From Eledone cirrhosa (Eukaryota), in assembly GCA_964016885.1 (NCBI GenBank), contig OZ024740.1, positions 424,824,001 through 424,888,000 of the forward strand: DNA of 64,000 bases, given 5' to 3'. The notes beneath the pieces are model-generated. The model did not search any database. It was given only the letters and a program-made list of their open reading frames with translations, and had not been told where the DNA came from. A program made the translations under genes and the position numbers. How positions within the stretch are numbered: the stretch's first letter is position 1; the number at the start of each line of letters is the position of its first letter. This document shows, piece by piece, positions 55,461-64,000 of the stretch.

Positions 55461-55645
55461 TAACGAAGGAAATGTGGTAAGGAACCAGGTGGACCATAAC
55501 GCACCAAAGTACTCAATACTTAGGGTAGTAGAGTGGGTAATAGGAACAAGTAAGACCCCGACGGCTGAGCTCAAGCCGTTTCGACGGCTAATTCAGAATT
55601 AGCCGTCGAAACGGCTTGAGCTCATCCGTCGGGGTCTTACTTCTT

Positions 55646-55650
<5 letters not shown>
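55461..55650. mobile_element. Family A hairpin copy
   Basis: Arms 55540-55595 and 55597-55650, apex aattc-a-gaatt. Confidence 0.75.
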
Positions 55651-55683
<33 letters not shown>

Positions 55684-55720
55684 ATTATAATAACAAATTA
55701 TATATCTATTTATCTATCTA

Positions 55721-56307
55721 ACCGACCTGTGGAACTATGCAGAACAACTGCTGTCGCGTATGGGTCAAATCCAGTTGACTGCCGAGTCCATAGTAAGGAT
55801 CAAACCGCCAGCCTCTTTCAAAATCGAAAGAGAGGCGGTTTTCCTCTGTACGGTGGCTATGGTGAAAGAAGTTATATGGTGGACGAGGTTGAGAGGACTG
55901 AGGACAGATGCCTTTCTCTCCGGACAACAATTGATTCCCTTCTTTAAGTATCACTTTAGAAGGAGAATCAGGGTGGAGAGAGAGGCACTGCACCCCAGTA
56001 AATTTACTGAAAGGTGGGTGAATGAAGCGAAAATGGCCCGAGTGATTGGGCCTTCCCTGTTTATAAGCCTGTAGGTTGAAGAAGAGAGCAAAAGGAAGAA
56101 AGGAGCACTTGCACAACACGCTCCTGGAGTTGAGGGTTGTTCTATCTACGGGGTATTAAACAACCCATTTGTGGCGCCTCCCCCCTATTGGGGATTTCGA
56201 TCGTTGTAATTGTTTGTTTTTATAATTTTTACACGACTGTATGTAAAATCCCCGGCATGTCTTTGTCTTGAAACCTTTTCTTGTGCGCCCTTGTGGCTAA
56301 TAAAGAA
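55721..56307 (+). mobile_element. 5'-truncated Tx1 copy 3
   Basis: Encodes QLTAESIVRIKPP...KEVIWWTRL...GPSLFISL. TSD atctatcta at 55712-55720 and 56308-56316. Confidence 0.88.
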
Positions 56308-56343
56308 ATCTATCTATCTATCTATGTATATATATATATATAT

Positions 56344-56374
<31 letters not shown>

Positions 56375-56940
56375 TACACACATACATATATATATAGAGA
56401 GAGAGATAAACTACTATAGTACTAATCAGAAAGGACGGGGATTTATAGTAAAAACAACATTTAATTTAATAATTTCGTGATTACAGCAAATTATATAAAG
56501 ATGCTTTAATATTTGACGTTTCTTTGGCGCTCTTCCCCTTGTCATTCGCCGTATTTCATTCTATATTTAACTCAATTATATAAATCATTATGAAACATAT
56601 ATCCACTAAACTATATTTTTAATTACCTAAATATGTATTGGGATTTGAGCTTTGTTGTTGTTGTGGTTGTTGTAGTTAAAAGATAGATACGTTAGTAAAT
56701 ATACATAAATATATAGCTATAGACATATTTCTATATAAATATATAGCTATAGATAGATAGACAGATAGGTATATAGATAGATAGGTAGTTAGAGTTATAG
56801 ACAGACAGACATAGATAAAGAAACTTATAGACAGACAGACATATAGGCTTAAAGACATATACATATTTAAACTTATAGACAGAAAGACATATATATATAT
56901 AGCTATAGATAGATAGGTAAACAAATAGGTATATAGGTAG

Positions 56941-58468
56941 TTTATTTGCCACAGGGGCGTACAAAAATGGGACATTACAAGACGTGACGGCGGGGGTTTT
57001 ACATAAAATGTTTAACAATGATAAATAACAATAAACTATATAAAAATAAAACAATTGAAATCCCCATTAGGGGGTGGGGGTAACGTTACAGCAGGGTCGT
57101 TTTACACCCCGTGGATAGAACAACCCTCAACACCAGGAACACGTTTTGTAGGTGTTCCCTTCTTCCCTCTGTTTATCTTCCTCGATCTGCAGTTTTATAT
57201 ACAGAGAAGGCCCATTCATCCGGACCATTTTCGCTACATTCACCCTCCTTTCAGCGAATTTACTGGGGTGTAGCTCCTCTCTCTCCACTCTCACCTTCCT
57301 TCTGAAGTGGTACTTAAAGAAGGGGATGAGTTGTTGTCCGGAGAGAAAGGTGCTTGCCCTCAGTCCTTTTAACCTCGTCCACCATATTACCTCTTTCGCC
57401 ATAGCCACCAGACAGAGGAAGACCGCATCTCCTTCATTCTTAAAATGAAGGAGGCGGGGTGATCCTCACGATGGACTCGGCTGACAACTGGATGTGTCCT
57501 ACACGTGACAGTAGCTGTTCGACATAATTCCACAGGTCGGTCACCCCTGGGCACTGAACAATTGCGTGCAGAACGGTTTCGATGTCCTGTTCGCATCTTG
57601 GACAGGTCCTTTTGGCAGGATCTCTGCCAGGGCGTCCGTGCCTGTAGATTTTGTCTCGAACTGGTAGAACTCCTCGGTAGCACTGCCAAGCCAGAGCCCT
57701 CTGGAAGTTATCCATAAGCCCTGGACGGAAAGTCCTCCCGAACAGACTGGTCAGTTTCCCCGAGAACGTCGTCCCACTTATCCTCCACTAATCCCCTATA
57801 GAATGTCGAAGTGGAGTCTCCGCTGATTGCCGTTTCCGCTTGGTAGAGGCCTGTGAGCGCCTGAAGGCCCTCAAGGTTCCAGGCGCCCATTTTCGGTCTT
57901 CGCTTGACCCAAGACTGCAGCTCTGTTAGTGAGACGAGTTGTGGAAGAGCTTGTCTCACAAATGACAGCCACACCCGTTCACCGGTCAGGAATGCCTGGA
58001 GATGGCGTAGCCTCAGCGCGTGTTTGCGCACATCAGCCACGGCATGCCCAGCCCTCCGTTAGAAGGTTGTTGACAGCAGATGGATCTCCTCACCAATGGA
58101 GCCTGTTTCTTCTGGAGGAACGTGAAGAGTAGGCGTTCCATTTTGGTGAGGTATTCGCGGGGACAGGGCACGGCTGTCAAGCGGTAGTAGATGACGGACG
58201 CTATGTAAGTATTCTCAACCTCCGCTCGATCTTTCAAAGAGAGTTTTCACTCACCCTACTTCTTGGTGAGTGCAAACACCTTCGCCGTGACCTCGTTCCA
58301 GTTCTTGTCCACCTGGAGGTCTGGACCAAACCAGACCCCGAGCAATTTCACCGGTCCTTCCGTCCAGCGTCCAACGACACTGTCAGAAGACATGGGTTTC
58401 CCTCTCCATGTGCCGAGCTGCAAACCGACAGACTTGTTTGGGTTTAGTCTTGCTCCTGTCAACGTTTC
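56941..58468 (-). mobile_element. 5'-truncated Tx1 copy 4
   Basis: TGARLNPNKSVGLQLGTWRG through MDNFQRALAWQCYRG to GPSLYIKL. 12-bp TSD gtatataggtag at 56929-56940 and 58469-58480. Confidence 0.9.
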
Positions 58469-58617
58469 GTATATAGGTAGGTAGTTAGGCGGGTTGGCAA
58501 GATATTTAAACTAATAGACAGACATACATATAGATAAAGAGATAGAAGGAAAAGAAATGTATATAGAGAGATTGACAAACAGACAGATGTATATAAATAT
58601 ATATTTATATATATATG

Positions 58618-58659
<42 letters not shown>

Positions 58660-58743
58660 TATGTTGTTTACTTTCTAATTAAATAGCTTTGTTCTATACA
58701 TAGAGCACTCTTTCTTCCTTTGCTTTTTCTTCGGAATTGCCTG

Positions 58744-58825
<82 letters not shown>

Positions 58826-58995
58826 TTATTTATTTATTTATATATATTTATTTATTTATTTAGATTTGTTGCTTCACCACTGGATAGAACTGGTCATTCC
58901 ATATGGTCAACCTCGATGTAATATTATGGAGAGCACTCAACGTAATGCAACTCACCCATCTTCGCTTGTGTAGTTGGTGGTGCGAGTACGGAGTT

Positions 58996-60094
58996 TATTA
59001 TTATAAAATAATAGGACGCTGGACTGGTGTAATTCCTTGAAAGGTTTATTATACTAAGATCATTTCAATGACCGGGTTCAATATGAATCCGGTGACATCA
59101 TCGCCCTGGGGCCCTGTTAGACTTGGAACTCGCCACGCCACCGGTTATTGACCGCCAAATAGTACCTTTAAATTCTAGGATTAATCATAACTTTTAACTT
59201 TATCATGCCTAATTCTACTAGCACTTAACTAAATCCCCCACCAGTGTGAATGACTAGTAATCGTTTGGTATATACGATGGCCGCGGACGGTGGCGGACCT
59301 CCCGCTATCACACTCGACGCTTAAGACAGTTACATTACTGGAGTGCTCGGAAAAATAAATCTCCATTTCTTTCGCTAGACGATAATACTCGGAACGACTG
59401 ACACGCCGTTGGGCCCGGGCTGGCCGGGGTCCGCACGACGCTGGTTATTGACCGCTAAGCATGGGCTTAAACTTTTACTCTATATTCTACCCTGAAACTT
59501 TATCGTGACTATCTATAATACACTTAAACTTTTTATAAAAGCCTCCTTCTGTAAATTCTTTAACCATATCTTACAACTTTAAACCTAAACCTTATTTTTC
59601 TAATTTCATCTTAAATGGCATCTTCTAACTCTAAACATAAATTTAACGTTTCTAATTGTTCAACGACATTATACCTTGCAGACGCCGACTATATATGTCT
59701 TTGTTGAATATATATGTTCTTTGAAAAAACATTTTTCGCGGCACTTTCTAGCACGCATGACCAGCTTGATTGCAACCTTATCTCAACGCTGACCTGTCTT
59801 TGGCGGGGTGGTAGTAGTACACTATAAGCCTACGCTCCTTCACCAGATGGACATAAGTAGGCTTAATAAACAACACTTGAGGGCGGCCGACCGAGGTGGA
59901 AGCTGCTAAATGTTCGGTCGCCCACATGTCTCTTATTTTCTGCCCCATGGATTTTGTCTATTATATTCCTTTGTTATATTTTGAATACCTGATGATGTCA
60001 ATGGATTCATACTGAACCCGGTCATTGAAATGATCATAGTATAATAAACCTTTCAAGGAATTACACGAGTCCAGCTTCCTGTTATTTTATAATA
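58996..60094. mobile_element. Fold-back Penelope-like remnant with about 100-bp inverted ends
   Basis: 59000-59102 is the reverse complement of 59991-60093. The inversion breaks inside the HHR core. Confidence 0.7.
59985..60042 (+). ncRNA. Minimal hammerhead ribozyme motif
   Basis: atac-CTGATGA-tgtc-aatg...catt-GAAATGATCA-TA-gtat: stem I atac/gtat, palindromic ATGATCAT. Confidence 0.7.
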
Positions 60095-60483
60095 TACATA
60101 TATATATATATATATATATGCAGTGGTGGACTGGCCAGGTTCCCAATGGCAAGTGGGCCGCAGAGGGCCCACGTTAGCATTGCAAGAGCCCACAGTAGCA
60201 TTGTAGTATTTAGAGGGCCCACTGTAGTATTTTAGGGACCAATGATTTGCTTTAAAAAAAATATCTGAAATCTAAGAAAAAGAATAACTTTTTAAAAAAA
60301 AAGCAAAATAATTAAGCAAAGCATTTGGTCAACCAATTCCCCAGGGAATTACTAGAAACCAAAATATACGATAGTGCAAATAGCTGGAATCAGTGGTTGT
60401 ATATTCTACAAAATCTAAAGTTTAGAGTATTCATTCCTGCATACAAACATATATATATAGACACAGACACACAAGCATATATG

Positions 60484-60539
<56 letters not shown>

Positions 60540-60546
<7 letters not shown>

Positions 60547-61000
60547 ATACTTTGGGAGGGTCATGTTGCCAATAAGAAACACACGCGCCAGTTGCTTTCA
60601 CTTCAATTTATTATAATAAATTTATAAATTTAGGAATTTATAAATTTCCGGTTGGTTGGTTGGTTCCACAACCAGATGATTGTTTATATATTGTCAAAGT
60701 TCTTTCGTCACACATTCTGTGACCTTAAAAACAAAGAAAAGAATCCCCAGTCACTGAAGAGGTCACAGAATGTGTGACGAAAGAACTTTTACAATATATA
60801 AACAATCATCTGGTTGTGGAACCAACAAACCAACCGGAAATTTATAAATTCCTAAATTTATAAATTTATTATAATAAATTGAAGTGAAAGCAACTGGTGC
60901 GTGTGTTTCTTATTGGCAACATGACCCTCCCAAAGTATAACAATATCGGTTTCAACACACGTTTTCAGATAAAGAATCTTGCTAAACAAATTCAGAAACG

Positions 61001-61013
<13 letters not shown>
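60540..61013. mobile_element. Hairpin family C: about 185-bp inverted arms with hammerhead at apex
   Basis: 60540-60725 is inverted relative to 60760-60946. gtca-CTGAAGA-ggtcaca-gaatg-tgtgac-GAAAGAACTT at 60750-60792; the other arm preserves the tgac of stem I. Confidence 0.78.
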
Positions 61014-61047
<34 letters not shown>

Positions 61048-61078
61048 CACATATATATATATATATACATATATATAT

Positions 61079-61121
<43 letters not shown>

Positions 61122-61125
<4 letters not shown>

Positions 61126-61309
61126 AACCGGTAAGACCCCGACGGCTGAGCTCAAGCCGTTTCGACGGCTAATTCCGTGCGAATTCCGTGCGAATTAGCC
61201 GTCGAAACGGCTTGAGCTCAGCCGTCGGGGTCTTACCGGTTCCTATTACCCACTCTACTACCCAAAGTATTGAGTACTTTGGTGCGTTATGGTCCACCTG
61301 GTTCCTTCG

Positions 61310-61311
<2 letters not shown>
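61122..61311. mobile_element. Family A hairpin copy
   Basis: Perfect arms 61122-61175 and 61192-61245; apex has a duplicated gaattccgtgc. Confidence 0.78.
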
Positions 61312-61342
<31 letters not shown>

Positions 61343-61349
<7 letters not shown>

Positions 61350-61551
61350 CGTAGTTTAGAAAGCCACAACAATGCAGAGGGAAATCTCGAGGTAGGAAGT
61401 GAATGATAGATAGGAGAAATAGGATAAAGTGAAAATTGAGAGAGACAAAGATGAAAACAAAACAAAGGTAGATTTCCCTCTGCATTGTTGTGGCTTTCTA
61501 AACTACGTATTTTACACATTTCACAATGCTTCAAGCAAACTTTAACACCCT

Positions 61552-61553
<2 letters not shown>
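61343..61553. mobile_element. Fold-back family D (about 45-bp inverted repeats) in (TA)n
   Basis: taaaatacgtagtttagaaagccacaacaatgcagagggaaatct (61343-61387) is inverted at 61470-61514. No HHR recognised. Confidence 0.6.
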
Positions 61554-61621
<68 letters not shown>

Positions 61622-62464
61622 ATACATTAACAGAGAAAGCTTTAAGCAATACTCCGACCGGCTTCCGTCTCACTCAACAAACATTAGGATATACTTTAGT
61701 ATAATCCCAATTATACGTTTGGGGTGCTAACTATACGTATTTTGCGGATAGCCAGTTGTATTATTTTATATGAGACATAATTAAAATTCATCTTTCTTTC
61801 CAAACGATCGTTTCATTATAAATTTTCTACAAATTGGGAAAATAATGTCCAGGTTATGTAGAAGCCTACACATAGTCCGTAGGAATATATGTAGGTGGGC
61901 ACTTATAAATCATCAGTGGATGCCCGACAATTATCAATATAAAAAAAAAACCTTACCGATATTAATGTTCAGCGATGGTATATATATATATACTTACACG
62001 CGAATTACTGACCAAATAATATTTGGTATGAATGGGTTAAAGACATCTGTCAAATCAATTAGTGGTGAAGGTGGTGTATACACACACACACATATATATA
62101 TATATTGAGTGAGTGTGAAAGACCAAAGGTAATTATAGAAAGTCTCTGGATTTCGCAAAATACATATCTTTTATTGGAGAAGGTAAGATTCACTACAATA
62201 TCAAAATAAATAGATAATCCATGCGGAACACCATTGAGAAGGATTGAGAAGGAGAATTTCGTCAGAGGGTTCTTCTCATTCGGAGAATATAAAATTCCCG
62301 AGTTCAAATCATATATATATATATATATATATATCTGTTTTAACTTCTCCACCTACCTTTTTCCAAATTTTATATTGTTTTTGTAAAAATGTATATTTTG
62401 TCACACACACACACGCACACACACGCACAAACACGCACACACGCACACACACGCACACACGCAC

Positions 62465-62534
<70 letters not shown>

Positions 62535-62729
62535 TAACGAAGCTAACAGAGTAGCCCCCGGTCGGTCCATTACATACATATATACCAAAGTAGTGAACGA
62601 GCCAGCAATGTTTACTGTTTATGATCTTTTGACTCCTATAAATAACCAAGTAATGACTTCAAGTCACATCTAGTTATTTAGAAAAAGAAGAATGAATCAG
62701 GAGAAAATAAAACGGTTAAAGACTGGATT

Positions 62730-62921
62730 GTCTTTGAGCAAAATACTTTATTACATGTTGATATAGAAGATCTGAGAGTGTGTACGAAGAGTAGCTGTGG
62801 AGTTAAACCTGCAATAGATTACCGTTCTGTTCAGGGAGTCTTGTACTTTTAGTAATTTAACTCGAAGTAAACCAGGGGTCAGCACTGGCCTGATGAACCT
62901 TCGGCTTAAAACAGACTTTAA
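62730..62921 (+). mobile_element. SINE fragment, same family as 31660-31931
   Basis: Shared ttaaacctgc.at, agggagtcttgtact, ggcctgatga.ccttcgg and cagactttaa. Confidence 0.65.
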
Positions 62922-63619
62922 CTAATGCGTCAGTAAAATATCATAACAAAAGTGTGAATTTAAAATATGCTCATACACGTACACAAACACAAACACTCAT
63001 ACATACACACACGCCCACACATTTACACACACACGTACATACACACGCACACATTTACACACACACCATAGAAAGGTAGGTCATGGTTGGGATGATCCTG
63101 CGTCAGATGGTGCAGGTCCGAAATAAGATAAACCAAACACAATAAAACAAAGGGGTATGTATCATATCACATTTATTTCTATATTGTTATTTCACCATGA
63201 ACTGTCATGGCCGCTTCTCCAAACAAACGCACTTCCTGTTGTTTTTGGCACTTTTTTTTTTGCCTACTCCGTCATTAGGTTACTGCTAAAGCAAATAGGT
63301 ATGTATACGGTTTGTCTCAAATGTTGTACCTATCAAGAAAACCCACGATAAAAAACAATATGCTCTTATCAAAAATGTTTTAGTAGAAGACTAATGTCTA
63401 ATATATTTACATTTTTTAATTTATATGTTTGTCTATTCATATATTACTTCATGTTTACGGAGACAGTAATGAAAGCAACTTATGTTTATACTCATAGACA
63501 GCTAGCTCATAAAGCTCACACATCTACATATATACATACATACATGCATACGTACGTACGTATGTATGTATGTATTATGTATGTATGTATGTATGTATGT
63601 ATGTATGTATGTATGTATG

Positions 63620-63650
<31 letters not shown>

Positions 63651-64000
63651 GCATGTATGAATGTGTGTGTATATATATATATATATATAATGGCTGCCTC
63701 CTCATTATCGAGTATGGCCATTGCACGATATAACATTATCAATTAATGTTATCGTGCAATGCCTGTGAGTGAAGATATTTTTTAAAGTGAGGAAAGACTG
63801 TACACTGAGCCAATCCCACTCTCTGAGCGACAGTAGCTATAACCCGAAAAGAAGAAAAGATCAACATCATTGGTTACTGAGCCGCAGTTAAGTATAATAA
63901 ACAATAAGTTTCCTGGGATAACTTACTTATTGTTTATTATACTTAACTTACTTATTGTTTATTATACTTAACTTACTTATTGTTTATTATATTATCTTAA

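Noticed and set aside
60121-60240. hAT-like terminus cagtggtggactggcc
   Set aside because: No matching second TIR or TSD found in the window.

Overview
Repeat-saturated eukaryotic intergenic/intronic DNA; a tRNA-derived SINE resembling the octopus OR type plus very dense (TA)n/(CA)n/(TATG)n microsatellites suggest an octopus-like cephalopod (inference). No intact host gene is evident; one candidate micro-exon lies at 28438-28480. Main content: two full-length but mutated Tx1/L1-clade LINEs (5585-11416, ~33971-39677) and two 5'-truncated relatives, all in (TATC)n-type tracts. Also R4/Dong-type fragments, several in (TACA)n tracts, a degenerate CR1-like LINE, RTE fragments (one twin-primed), a non-autonomous Helitron, a TTAA MITE and SINEs. 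Tandem arrays include a 10-kb 59-bp satellite and a 49/50-bp minisatellite born from Tx1 RT coding sequence. The most unusual signal is about eight unrelated families of short non-coding, Penelope/retrozyme-like elements. They sit mostly in (TA)n tracts, carry minimal hammerhead ribozyme (HHR) motifs, and often fold back into hairpins whose apex lies at or next to the ribozyme. One family has a fixed non-canonical CAGAAGA core. All calls were made by eye, with no database searches.
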